Counted from the first letter of the whole stretch, positions 26,575-38,662 are shown. The stretch is 54,201 bases of DNA, filler included, from Sphacelaria rigidula (GCA_964200075.2; 4 parts of 4 records of this genome joined end to end with filler, not necessarily neighbours in it), one strand, 5' to 3'. The notes: a model not told the origin generated them from the sequence alone. Program-made: numbers and translations.

Positions 26575-26700
26575 AGAAAGAGGCAAGCACCGCAAAAGGA
26601 AGGTGGAGAAGTAAAACAAAGAAAAAATAAACTCTGTGTTGATCTTCCTCCAGCGTCCAGAATAGATGGGACGACAATACACACAACACACACCCGCACA
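26575..26700 (+). mobile_element. SINE 3' fragment nested inside a hAT-like element
   Basis: gaaggtggagaag...ctctgtgttgatcttcctcc...gcgtccagaatagatgggacgacaatacacacaacacacac matches the SINE 3' half with an internal deletion. Confidence 0.65.
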
Positions 26701-26983
26701 ATCTACCCAAAATTTGGGTAGAGTATCGAGATTATACCTCATCTGCCCTAAAATTGGGTAGAGTATTTGAGGTCGTACCCAATCTGCCCAAAATATGAGT
26801 AGAGTATTTGAGGCCGTACCCAATTCACCCAAACCTTGTCTGCAGTAAATACCCAGGTATTTCACCAGAGTATTTCAAAGTTCGTCTAGTACCCTACCCG
26901 ACCTGCCCTTGAAACCTTGGACAAAAAATGGCGGTGCAGTGTAAAATTTGCAAAATGAAGTAAAGTGTAATACGTAAACTACT

Positions 26984-27054
26984 GTGTGTGTTGTCGTCCC
27001 TTCTATTCTGGGCACCAGCCTACACCTTTCGGTATATGTGGGTGCATCAGCCGG
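26984..27054 (-). mobile_element. SINE 3' fragment truncated by the contig end
   Basis: gtgtgtgttgtcgtcccttctattctgggcaccagcctacacctttcggtatatgtgggtgcatcagccgg is the reverse complement of the SINE 3' end. Confidence 0.7.
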
Positions 27055-27154
27055 NNNNNNNNNNNNNNNNNNNNNNNNNNNNNNNNNNNNNNNNNNNNTT
27101 AATTAATTAANNNNNNNNNNNNNNNNNNNNNNNNNNNNNNNNNNNNNNNNNNNN
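27055..27154. other. Artificial contig-joining spacer
   Basis: Same 100-bp N/TTAATTAATTAA/N linker. Confidence 0.97.
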
Positions 27155-27210
27155 CGTCCCATCTATTCTGGACGCCGGTGTACACCTTTCGCTACATTTG
27201 GGCGCACCAG
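27155..27210 (-). mobile_element. SINE 3' fragment at the start of a contig
   Basis: cgtcccatctattctggacgccggtgtacacctttcgctacatttgggcgcaccagc matches the same family. Confidence 0.7.
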
Positions 27211-28860
27211 CTCTCTTATGGCGAACAAAAATCGCCCTCGGAAAAAAACTTTTTCGTCGATTTTGTTGACCCAAAAATATATCTGGTTTTACATTTGGCC
27301 ACTTCTCATGGCAACAAAAACAAAAACGCTGGGAGTCGTAGCGCCTTTGGAAGTTGGTTTGGCTGGCTTCAATATATAAATCCTGACATGTGTGTGCGAT
27401 CACGTACCTACAACCGTCCATAATCCCCGCAGCCAGTTCGCGGAACAACAGTGTATCCGGGAAGATAACAGCTTTTTGGTTGAATACTTTGATATCCCGA
27501 AACAGCAGAAATACTTGCATGCAGTGTAAACGCGAGGAACGGCGTGAATGTGTGGAACCATATCAACCGTATACATGGGCATGAGGAGGTCGAATCTAGG
27601 GAATAATTTGCGGCTTCGTCCATGAGTATGGCGGCATAGACACGTGACTCACAAGATCACCAGTAATGATTAGTACAAACAGTATGATAAGTACAAAACA
27701 GAAACACTAGTTACCATTGCTGTCTGCTGTGCAATGAGTAACATGATACAGGACCGCGACCACTGCTACTGTACCCTGTACAGACTGTACTTTACAGTCT
27801 GAACAACAGAACAGAACCACTCTACCTCGTAGAAGCATCCATTACAGTGCTCGTGTTCAGTCGCACAGTTGATGAGTAGTGCGATAAAGGAACACTATTA
27901 CTACAACCGTCGTTTAGATAGCCTGTGCAGACAGCAGACGTAGTGTGCACTACGTACTGTCCTCCTCGTCGCTTGTAGGACAGCACAGGAGTGTAATATG
28001 TTAATGCCTCTCGACATCAAGCAGTTGCTACGTATACAGCCATCGGTGTCTTCAGAGCGGCCAGCCCTGCAGCCATCAGCAGTCTGTCATCGGGTTAGTA
28101 TCAGTCTTTGAGCTCTATCTTTGCTGTACTGAGGAGTGGGGTGAGGGCGAGAGAAGACAGGGCTGAATTACGGGCAGGTGGTATCCGGCGTTTCAGGTCG
28201 AGACAATTCCGTCTGGATTGTTTGCCCAGAAAAGAATCCTTGGAATTTTGTCCGGGTTCGTTGATTGCCGTCTTCAAGAAAAAAATGAAAATTTCATTGC
28301 CCACGCCTGTGACCACGGGTTCGAGAGACCATACTACTGTGCGGAAATAATGATAAATAATAATTGCGCGTTTCGTCTCCCGCAAGACGTGGTCAGACAG
28401 AAATTCTGGACAAGGCGTGACGAAAAGAATCTTTAATTTCTTGCTCGCCACAAGAAGCGGCATGACGGTTTTTTTCATGTTTAGCAATTTAAATTCTCTA
28501 ACTTTCTATTTGTTTTTTCTTGGCTGCTTCAGCTACTTTCAGAGTATTGATTACACCCCACACTCAAGAGACAAGGAAACTGAGAAGGAAATGATGGCGA
28601 TCATAATGAAGACACAACGGTTCACAACTTCATTATCACGAGAAATCGCCCGCCTTTTCAATCCAAGGCAACAAAAAAAATGAAAATAAAAATGCATGAC
28701 GGTAACAACACGCAAAAACAGACCAAGATTTCTCAGCAGGGTGTCAACCACGCGCAAGGTGCATGGTCATTATCGCACGGTCGGAACGCGGACCGCCTCC
28801 CTCACGAGGAGGAGAAGCAGCTTCGTACGATTGGGGGTGGGGCTGAACCAGCCGGTGCCG

Positions 28861-28861
<1 letters not shown>

Positions 28862-28895
<34 letters not shown>
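28862..28895. repeat. (TGC)n microsatellite
   Basis: Direct reading of the sequence. Confidence 0.95.
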
Positions 28896-28898
<3 letters not shown>

Positions 28899-29654
28899 CT
28901 CCCATGCACGTTGCGCTTGATTGACACCCTTCTGGGGATACCCGGTCTGTACTACCCGCCGATGGGGTTCATTCTTGCTCACATGGCAAAATGCTGGGGG
29001 ATAAAGCTGTGCGCGTCTCTCTTTGGGAGCTGCGCACGTCTGGTGTGTGTTCCACGTGTGGCTTCTGCTGATGATGGAAAAGCGGGCTGTGCACCCCATG
29101 AAGAGCCGAGCAACCGAATTGCTGTGACCATTTCAAGCCCCTTTCGCACTCTCATCGGATCGTGCCCCCGTTCTCACTGTTATAAATTCCACAATGATAT
29201 ACTTTGTGAGAATACTTTCGGGGGCGATGAGAAAAAGACATCAGCCCTCAACCGATGGGAAGGACAAAATAAAAAAAACACACGAAAATTGCCACAACTC
29301 TTCTCTTTCTCACCGTGCGTTCCCACTGTTTCCGACTCGTTAAGATGCGACCTCATCAAATAAATCTCGTGCCAAGATGTCAGCTCCAAACTCCCGAAAT
29401 GAAGCAGGGCACAGCTGCTCGACGGCCAACAAGAACTCTTGGCTGGCCCAGCTCGTACTGTTCCACAGTTTCTGCTGTTCGCTGCGCTCTACACAAGCCA
29501 CCGGCTGCAACAGGATCCTGGGTATACGGGATGCTGAATGTACACTGTAGGCCTTTGCTCGATCCCTGGTGCAGAGCGAAAAGTTGATCCACCGCCCGCT
29601 CCAAAACAACTGCACGATCGATCTAGCATTACAATATCTTGGTTTTCAGTCTAA

Positions 29655-30124
29655 GGCTACTTCTTATGTATCGAAGAGTAAAAGTTGTTGAAAAGTGCTT
29701 TTTTGGCCCTTCTCCGTCGTTTTTGTCCCCCAAAGAGGGCTGGGCGGATGTGGACACCTTGGAATGACTTGCTCTACTCGCTGAGACCGTTCCAGAGCAC
29801 CTTTGCGTTTTCTGTAGCTCATAGTTTCGTCCTTGGCCGAAATGCACTTACAACAACAAACGGTCAAGTTATCGAAAAACAGGGGGGAAACTGCCATTTT
29901 TTTTAATAACTCGACCGTTTACTATTGAAAATGCATTTTTGGCCAAGAATGAAACTGTGAGTTACAGAAAACGCGAAGGTGCTCTGGAACGGTCTCAGCG
30001 AGTAGAGCAAGTCATTTCAAGGTGTCCACATCCGCCTAGCCCTCTTTGGGGGACAAAAACGACGGAGAAGGGCCAAAAAAGCACTTTTCAATAACTTTTA
30101 CTCTTCGATACATGAGAAGTAGCC
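29655..30124. mobile_element. PIF/Harbinger (Tourist-like) MITE, 470-bp near-complete palindrome
   Basis: TAA|ggctacttc ... gaagtagcc|TAA gives a 3-bp TAA TSD. The arms are highly similar over more than 200 bp. Confidence 0.85.
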
Positions 30125-30804
30125 TAAACAGTGATAAATCTTGCCTTCAGTATGCCACGCAATCACCCTCCCCACCATCCAGCTGTACTCGTACTCGTAT
30201 TCGCCGTGACTGACGCAACGGCGATACTGTCCCAAACGTGGCGTCGCGCTTGAAGGACTATTTTGGCGATCCAGTTGATCAGAGATTTCTATTACCTCAG
30301 GCGGCAAACACAGTTAGGGAATCACACTTTGTGAATCTGAACCCTTCTTGTTCAATTTTTGAGAATCCGTTTCGTATGAGTATTACTTGCCCTTTGGAGG
30401 TGCTACAGTACAGTGCTGTGCTCCTCTGTTTTTCACTGCTGTAGGTTACAAACCACGCGGTGTAACGTCGTGACCAACATTCAAGACAGAAAGACAGCAC
30501 CGAGGCATGTACAGTTCATCAAGTTCGTATCTTGCCAAAGTCTAGTCATTGACATGGACTTAGAATGCCAGCGCCCAGCAGATATCGGCACTGTAATTTT
30601 GTTTCAACTTCTTCATCACGGGAGACCTCTCTTGACTACTGAAATGTTGGGCACGGGTACGAGGGCAAAGGTCAACAGTCGGCAGTTCCGCCAAAGTTTG
30701 AACTAGACAAGCGGGCCAACCTAGAAACAGCTATGAGCGAGAAAGTCGCATTTATTCGTTGGTGGAGATTACGGAGAAGAGTTCAACCGCATAGTAGTAC
30801 GCAC

Positions 30805-30994
30805 CCTGATCCGATAGCACTGCAACCTGCTTCTCCTGCCACAGACACTCTGTTTTGGACGGCGGTTCCTTGTTGGCTGCCGACACCACATCGGGCCATG
30901 TGCTCAAGTAGCCCCTCTCAAGCCGATACACCCTGGGCTGCCACTTGCCCATCCGGCTGCGCTTTTCCAACGCCGACTGCAGACTGCGATCCAT
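30805..30994 (-). CDS. Probable first exon of a PH-domain-like protein; downstream exons not identified
   Basis: MDRSLQSALEKRSRMGKWQPRVYRLERGYLSTW fits the PH beta1-beta3 pattern (L-x-K...W-x-x-R-x-x-x-L...L-x-x-W). There is an ATG start and a G|GTGCGT donor at 30804. Confidence 0.5.
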
Positions 30995-31461
30995 AGCGGA
31001 TAGAAAGTACAGCTATCCCCAAGCACTAACCCACCCACAAGCAAGGTATTCTCCGTTGCCCCTCGCGCTCCAGTGTTGAACCTGATACCGCACCGGAGTA
31101 GAGGTGTGTCACGCTGTTTACCACCACCCCCATACGCGCACAAGTTGGAAAATGGCAACGGACAAGGCAAAATAGAAAATAACCACAGTATGTATTTAAT
31201 CAACAAGGGACATCTGCCCTGGCGTAGTATGTCCTGTGCGGCCTGTGACTGGGCGAGAGTTCAGACGGGTTAAGGCACGCATCTCCTGCCTCCTGATTTC
31301 CACCCTGCATTCAGTTTCTCTGCTTTGTAACGCAGTGATTCCGCGCATCTATCGGCAGTCAAGCCCCCGTGATCGCGCTTCGGTTTCGTACCACGACCGA
31401 CGCACACAGGAAGACCGTACACTGTTTTATACCATCCCTGCTGTGATACCGAGCGGTCGCC

Positions 31462-33537
31462 ATGCCTGCCCCTCAGAAGCCGCTGAGTGTAGATATCCAC
31501 ACCGCCACAAAAGATGGCGACATGATCAAGGTACAGGAGTTTCTGGAAGAGGGTGGGGACGTCAATGTGCGTTGCAGGTTCGGGCAATCAATCTCGTTCG
31601 CGTGTCTAATCTTGACTTGCTTCCTGTGTCGCGATATGGCACCTCCCACAGAGCCCGTGTATTTTTGTTGAAAAGAAAGAGAAGTCTCGCATATACCTTA
31701 TCCCGTCCACATGATGACAGGGGTGACGCATTGTCGGGTTACACGCGTGCGTGTTTCACTTGTGCTTTGGAAGACTTTTTTGCACAACTCATCAGCAGCA
31801 AGTCCCAGCTCAATCGGAGAGGATTTTGTCTTGTCACGCATGAGCACGGCGGCGCAACCGAATACAACGCAGCATCCACATGTAAGTTGTAGTTTCTGTT
31901 AGGTCATTTCGGAGGGCCTGCAGTGAATGTGAGACGTTTATCGTGCTGCCCTTGGACCTACTTGCCCGGGTGCTGTACTGACTGCAGGTACCAGACAATT
32001 CCTCTTCATAGGGCTGCTGCCTACAGCCATCTCGACATCGCCACTCTTCTGCTGGAAAAAGGCGCCGATATTGAGGTATGTTCCGTAGCATCCGCTGCGC
32101 AGTACTTGAGCGCGTGTACAGAAACCTTGAAGACGCTTCAATTATTTTCGAAGATACGTTGCTGACACGCACTACTGCTGAATATAGTAGGAGGCGGGCT
32201 ATCATCAAACAGGGCCTGGATTACTGTAGAAGCATATGAATTCGGCTCGATACCATCGGACAGTAGCTGGAATATTTACTTCGGGATAGATCAATCGTGG
32301 CAAGAGGGACTGAACCAACTTCTTGCTCTCCCGTGCACCTCAGGCCCGAGACGGTGTCGGGCACACACCACTATTCTGGGCAGCGAAGGGTGGACACACG
32401 GATATGGTCGACCTCCTCCTGTCCAAGGGCGCACATATCAATGCTCAAGACAAGAAAGAGGTACGAAGGGGTGTGCTCCTAGTTTCGTCCCGCCCGATAG
32501 ATCTCACCACACACAACTCAGTATTCTCGAGTTCTTCGAGTTTTCGGGCTTTCTCCAGTTTTCTGGAGGACGACGTTCGACTCCCCCCCGGAAACAGCGA
32601 TTTCCCCGGCCATGCTAACGTTTTAACCGTGAGGGTGGGGTGTTGTGTTCATCATTCAAGTGAATATCATATCGACTCAGTAGAGTACCCACTCCGATGG
32701 TCAAAGGGTTGAACTTGTAGCTTATTTCATATTACCATCATATTGCACCGTTCGGTTACCGTCCCACACCACAGAAAACAAAATCGCAGGTAACCTGTAC
32801 ACATGTTGTATATCCGGTATTATAGAGAAATATGGCTCACGTGATCCACATGTTGACTAAGGCATTACCTTTTTTGGGCCCAATGTCCTTGATCATTCGA
32901 GTAGTTATGCTGCTGTCATCAACTCTCTGTGGCACACAGCGCTGAGCGAGATCGACGAATTCTCCCGATTTTGAGGCAATGACACTCTCGCTCAGCGTTG
33001 TAGGACAGAGTTGGTGAAAGCCGCTAAATACGTTGCCATGCGATCCGGAGGCCTTAAGTGGCAAAAATCGTACATCATAATCAGTTTCAAGTAATAGAGA
33101 CCCCTGTTTCGAGGTTGAACCTCATTCTTGGTAGTACTGTTGCACTCGAAAACTTAGCAGGCACAGACGATGCATTTGTTGTTCAGTCAAGTCGCCATTC
33201 AATGCAGATTGTTGGAGCAGTTCATGTGTATCCTGGAGGGGTCACATCTATCAGAGTCATGGTCCGAGCGACCCATCCATACACTCATATCCGGCGCATG
33301 ACTCTTGCATTCCCTGTGCTTGCCGGCTGCTACGCGTTCTTCCTATCGGACACACCACAGCGCACCCCTCTTCATGAAGCTGCCCGGCACGGTCGTAAGG
33401 AAATGTGCGCGTTACTCCTCAAGCGGGGGGCAAAAAGAGACGTCATGGACTGCGACGCTAATGAACCTGGCGAGGACTCTGAACCTACAGTGCCAGAGAA
33501 TCTCAGGAGACAAATTCGCGAGTTGATTGAATCCTAA
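31462..33537 (+). CDS. Ankyrin-repeat protein, about 165 aa: join(31462..31577,31988..32075,32344..32460,33361..33537)
   Basis: Four ankyrin-like units: IHTATKDGDMIKVQEFLEEGGDVN, TIPLHRAAAYSHLDIATLLLEKGADIE, GHTPLFWAAKGGHTDMVDLLLSKGAHIN, RTPLHEAARHGRKEMCALLLKRGAKRD. GT-AG introns have consistent phases (2,0,0). An extra upstream exon cannot be excluded. Confidence 0.88.
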
Positions 33538-34056
33538 ATAATGCACCCCCAGCATCGAGTCGTTACACCGGGCGTAGTATACACGGTGATGAGGGCATGG
33601 CAATAACGAATTTTACAGAGAGAATGTTAAAATCTTGACATTTTGTGAAGCAGAGGCCAAGCATGTCTACCTTTTTTTGGTTGTCCATTGTCCATGCCGG
33701 ACGTGACCTGTCAATTATATTATGCTTCTGACTGCAGACAGCACGTCATCACGTCTTAAATTTCAAAAAGCGAATGCACAAAAATGCTGCCCATCTCCAA
33801 CACCATACAGTCACAAGAATTCCAGTAGCAAAATCCCATCCAAGTCAGTTTAATGCTCTAGAGGCATCGAGCCTTCGCCTACATCCTGATCCACCAACAA
33901 CGGGTCGCTTTCCCGGAACAACGCCAAATATAGGGTCTACGGACTGAGCTCTTGGAACAAACCCAGAGGGGTTAAACTTCGTGTACAATATCTAGATAAC
34001 GACAACGGCGACCGAGTAACGACCATCAACATATGTACAACTGCACAAGTATATGA

Positions 34057-37000
34057 TCACCGCTGACCACCTCTGAATCCGGAAAACCCCATTAGTGCCA
34101 TGACTGCCTCGTCTCCGCCCTCCTCTTCAATCGAAAGGGATCTCAACCTCTGGACACCCTCTACTGAGGTGGGGGTACCATCTTCGAGACCTGGAGAGGT
34201 CGAAGGACTCGATGTAAGTACGTCTTTCCCAGGCGTGCCCCCCACCCCCTCATTCTCTGACCCAACCTCCTCTGTCCCAGCACTGCCGTAATTTACGAGG
34301 CTGCTCGGCGCAGATATTGCAATTGGTGCACCCTCCGCCGGCGGCGCTACTGGTGCGCTGCCCATCACATCCTGTACAGGGCTGGGCCTCCGCTTTTGTG
34401 CATGCCCTTGGTGTTCCTCTGCTGAACGGGCGCTGGCCTCACACTCATGGTCGCATTCGCTCATGCCCCGCGACCTCTTCCGACCACGATTGACCCGTCC
34501 ACCTCGCCTCGGAAGATGCACAGGGGGGCGAAGATGCACAGGCGAGTGATCACATTCGTCGGGCGTGTTGATGGGCACAGCGCTGTGCCCTTCTTGTCCG
34601 TCTTTCACATGCGGGACAGGCCGCGAGTGCCACAGCACCCGTTGTACTGGAAAGAACGTTTCAGGATCAACCTGGTTTGGTTTCGGGTAGAGGAAAATGT
34701 TACGAAGGTGAAACACACGAACGTCACAAGGGGTGGCAGCGGCAACGGGAAGACCCGAGATCCGTGGCACTGTGCCCATTGACTCAACAATAGATATTAC
34801 CAACGCGTTGTCGAGCCCCGTTATCATTCAAGCTGACATCTAACCGACTGCATCGATTGCAACACCTGCTCTCCTCAAATGCAAAGACTGTAGGCCACGC
34901 AAGCGGATTGATCAACTGGTTGCGTGAGGCCGCATGTAAGTAGGTTGCGATCCGGCAGTTTAGCTTGGTGTGGAAGAAAGCAATACAGCTGAAAAAAGGC
35001 AACGCGACAATTCTTCAACTGTACGATACTATTCACATTCCGTGGGGAGAAAAGACCGTCAATATTCCAGCGAACTCCTTCCAGAAGCTTTGCCTCACTC
35101 ACGTTGAAATCCATATGCTCCTTGAGGGGCACTGCAGGATGGCACATGAATCTCACCCCGCCCTCTTCCTCAGGAGCTAGGTTTGTAGACCTGAACATTT
35201 GTAGTAGGGGCGGGAGGAAATGAGTACGACTAAATGTCCATCTCTACGTGGTAATGCGAAACGAGATGCTACTAAACCAGTGAGCTCAGCTTGTGACCAA
35301 GACTATACCAGTTATCTCACCAAACCGCAAGCATTTGCTCTCAAGTACAGTAATTCATGTAGACTTTCCAATGATGCTGGTTCGTCTTTCGTATGGATGT
35401 CCACCTCTCTTGCGAGACGTGCGATCATCCCCCGTGTCGAGGGCGGGAATCGTCTCGACTAAACCACACTCGCTGATTATTCCCCACCAATGAGCCATCC
35501 CACCATAGGCAAGTCGCCTTTAGCATTATTCCGGCAGTAACTAGTACGGAGTGAAATATTTCACCTATAGTATATTTCTTCGAGGTGTGTTTTCCTGTTT
35601 CGAATCGCGCCTGTCATTGTTTGGGTCCAGCTTGTAGTTGTATTATCTTTTGATAACAACATAACATGTGCAAAAAAGGAGGCAGCACATTCATTCTTAC
35701 AGGGGTGTAAGTTCCCCCTAAGGTGCAAAAACGGGGGTGCATCCCATCGTAGGAGAGCTTCATTTCAGAACACCAAAGCTATTCGCTAGTCAAATTGTCA
35801 TCCAGTCTACCTCGCATGAAGTAATAAGGGGTGCGTGAGCATGACGTCCCCCGCTTTCCCTGATGTTTCCACGATATCCTCCTCGTTTGAGGGAAGGAGG
35901 CTTTCTCGGGCTGCCGCAGAAAGTATCGGCCCTGTTGGTAAGGACGGCACATGTACAAAACACGCGAAACACCGGGAATCGCATACGTCATGTAAAACTA
36001 TGCACGAACATTGAGTCTTGGGAATCGTATTTGTGCTCCAGTTTTGCAGGGATGATTTCTCAGAGTTCCGATACTCGAAACCCCTTCGCATGTTTACACA
36101 CTGCCAAGCTCGAATCCCTCTCACTGTTTGTCTGGTGTTAAATGAAGACGAGAATGTGCTAACAGTATGTACTACGCTCAACCGCAACCCTTGTATCGCC
36201 GTGTGTGACGCTGGATGGGGCGCAACATGTTATCGATCCACGTACCCTTCATCCCAGTCTTTCCAGCACGTTTCCACAGTATTTCTGCAATCTTCTTATG
36301 AGATCCGCGCAAAAGGGCTGTTCCTCCCCCCTGCGACCGAACGTCAGAGAACAAGAAGATCGGGAGCAACCCTATCTCGCGACTTGTAACGCAGCAGGTG
36401 AAGGGAAACAGGCAACCGGCAGCACGCGACAGGGGCGACAACTGCATGACACTCAGCACATGCGCAGCCACAGAACGGCAGGAAATGCGTCTTGACCCCT
36501 AGGGACCAATGTGGCGCTTAACCCATGTCCAATCTTATAGACAGATTTTGCGGGGTTATATTCGTCCTGAATCCCAAGTAGGTAACAGCTTGTTGTTAAT
36601 GTGTGACATTCCATTGTGTGGATTACGGGTTCCATTTAGTAACGCATCCAAGTAAGACGGCAGAAAGTGATCCCCATTTTGCAACAAATGCCTCGTATTC
36701 CTTTATCTATCATAAACGGAAGGATATCTATGAGTTGGGCGGATGGGATCCACGAGACAGGGCCAGAGTCATCTCCCTTCAATCATTTACTTACGAAAGT
36801 AACCATTCGATTGCCAAGGTTGGTCATGTGGATCTTGATTCATTCAGCAAGTGAAAATTATGTCCATTGAACCGATGACCAACCTTGGCGGTCAATGGGG
36901 TATATGTTGGTAAACCATTAGGTCGGAGGTTACTCTCCCAGGGCTAACGTCACTCCGGGCGCTCAGACACCTAGCATGAAAACGACTGGGCTGATCAATC

Positions 37001-37931
37001 ACCTTGAGACCGACGAATGTCGACATAGACCGGCATCCGATTCATGTTGTACCTAGTATCCGACACCTGTTGCCAACTTACAGCTCCCACTTCACCAGAT
37101 ACATACCTATTGTCGACACATGTAGTTCGCACCACAGGCGTCATGGTCGGGGTCGGCCGAAAGGAAGCGAACGAAGTGGAACACGCTAATTCTTAATTGC
37201 GGTCATCAGCGTTTCAAGATCCTCTTCCACAACTGAAATCCACGGCAACTAATACGCGTCTCCAACCTGTGAGGATAGTGTCTGAAATGGGCACCGTCGA
37301 CATGCCACCTTCCGTCCGCCCTCCACGGCGGAATGGCAAACCCTGGGAATGTTATCGCCCACCACCCGCAGCCGAACATTTCCCATGTTCCTGGACCTAT
37401 GAGTTGATCAACGGCGGCTTTGAGGCGTGGCGATACCGCATTGGTCCAGGGCTCACCACGGCGTTTCTTGGGGGAGCTGGAAGTGTCAACAAACATGCGT
37501 GTGAAATGTTGCGGGCAGGGTCGGGAACCGAAATAATCAGACACCCACTTTACTCACAGTCATGGATACGAATGAGGTGCCAAATACCTTTCGTGGAACC
37601 TGATCCGTCGGTCAACTTGACCGTTGTACCGGTTGCTATTAATCATACAAATTTCAATCAACACGGGACAGGTCGGGCTGTACTCGACCGTCGTCTCATC
37701 TGCGAGAGTCCGAAGTGCGCAACCATGGTGATATATGTAGCGATAATTGTCTCATTTCAGGCGCTGCTGTGCGTCACAACGGCGAATGCCCTGCGGGATC
37801 GAAAAGACATGGTACACACAGCCTGTACGTACGTTGGCGTGCCATAAATCTCAGCGATGTGATGCTTCACCACCCAGGTGTCCGGGTTCTTGGTGATGCC
37901 CTCGGCTTGCAAGCGTCTCCAAAGATGCTCC
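34057..37931 (-). CDS. Phytanoyl-CoA dioxygenase (PhyH)-like Fe(II)/2-oxoglutarate dioxygenase, 5'-partial, about 420 aa: complement(join(34057..34671,35103..35190,35811..35931,36246..36382,37267..37476,37833..37931))
   Basis: Six phase-consistent GT-AG exons: REHLWRRLQAEGITKNPDTW...; GWWAITFPGF...RWHVDGAHF (HxD iron ligands); GLLPIFLFSDVRSQGGGTALLRGSH; TSGKAGDVMLTHPLLLHARSTN (distal His); VRFMCHP (2OG-binding Arg); then a long low-complexity last exon. The start exon was not identified. Confidence 0.85.
36813..36889. repeat. Intronic inverted repeat, probably the core of a degenerate MITE
   Basis: 15-bp perfect arms gccaaggttggtcat/atgaccaaccttggc, with weaker outer symmetry. Confidence 0.55.
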
Positions 37932-38624
37932 CTGTTGTGCACGGCCGCGAGAAATTGGAGACGCGATTGTTAGCAAAGTCATGCCGGATCAACAGGTGTA
38001 TTCTGGAGCAGGGCTGTCGTATTTTCCACCAGCTAATCACCGGTTATGCAGCGTTGCCACCCAACAAAATTGGCCGAGGCTGTGAAGCCGGCGGGTCGTC
38101 CACGGAAATAGGTATTTCCAAATAAGACGAACCAAGCTGACCCTTCACTTTCCTCCGTTTGGTGCATATTTTTTTCTGTTTGTTTCCGTTCTAGAGGTTT
38201 CGTCAGCGAGCATCTCCGTTCTGCTTACGTAGCGGGCGTCTACCGTTTGACCACCACTGGATCCCTTAGGAATCATTTAACGTGCGACAATCACACATCA
38301 GTGGATTAAACAGAAGCTGTTCCATGGAAATTTTTTCATGTGAGGCCATGGCAGGCTCCCCTATAGTATGACATACCGCCATCAACTGATCGGTGTCTTC
38401 GGGCAGTGTCATTGGCAGTGCCTTCCCGTGTCCTTGTCAACCCCGCGCGTCGTGTACATGCAGTACCTACCGCGCTGAGCCCGCACGGGCTAATGGGCAT
38501 GACCCCTTGCCCCAGACCACCTGGAGTAGTCGGGTACGTGCGCTGTTGCTCCACGGTGCAGGTATTATATCCTGTTTTCTTCTATGCGGCAGCTTAGTTC
38601 GCAACGGCATCTGCGGGTGAGGGG

Positions 38625-38629
38625 TGCTG

Positions 38630-38662
<33 letters not shown>
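38625..38662. repeat. (TGC)n microsatellite with TAC interruptions
   Basis: Direct reading of the sequence. Confidence 0.9.

Larger units (their letters stand above)
24313..26911. mobile_element. Non-autonomous hAT-like element, 2.6 kb including nested insertions
   Basis: Perfect 21-bp TIR caagggcaggtcgggtagggt and perfect 8-bp TSD AAACCTTG at 24305-24312 and 26912-26919. Internal tacccaaaatttgggta repeats. Confidence 0.88.

Noticed and set aside
26984..27210. One SINE spanning the gap, implying contigs 2 and 3 are adjacent
   Set aside because: Both sides contain the same part of the SINE with different substitutions, so they are separate copies at repeat-induced contig breaks.
28680..29363. 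227-aa ORF with poly-Ala
   Set aside because: It has no recognisable domain and is partly held open by a TGC microsatellite. No consistent splice model was found.
37197..37847. 216-aa plus-strand ORF
   Set aside because: It is antisense to the dioxygenase exons and has no protein features of its own.
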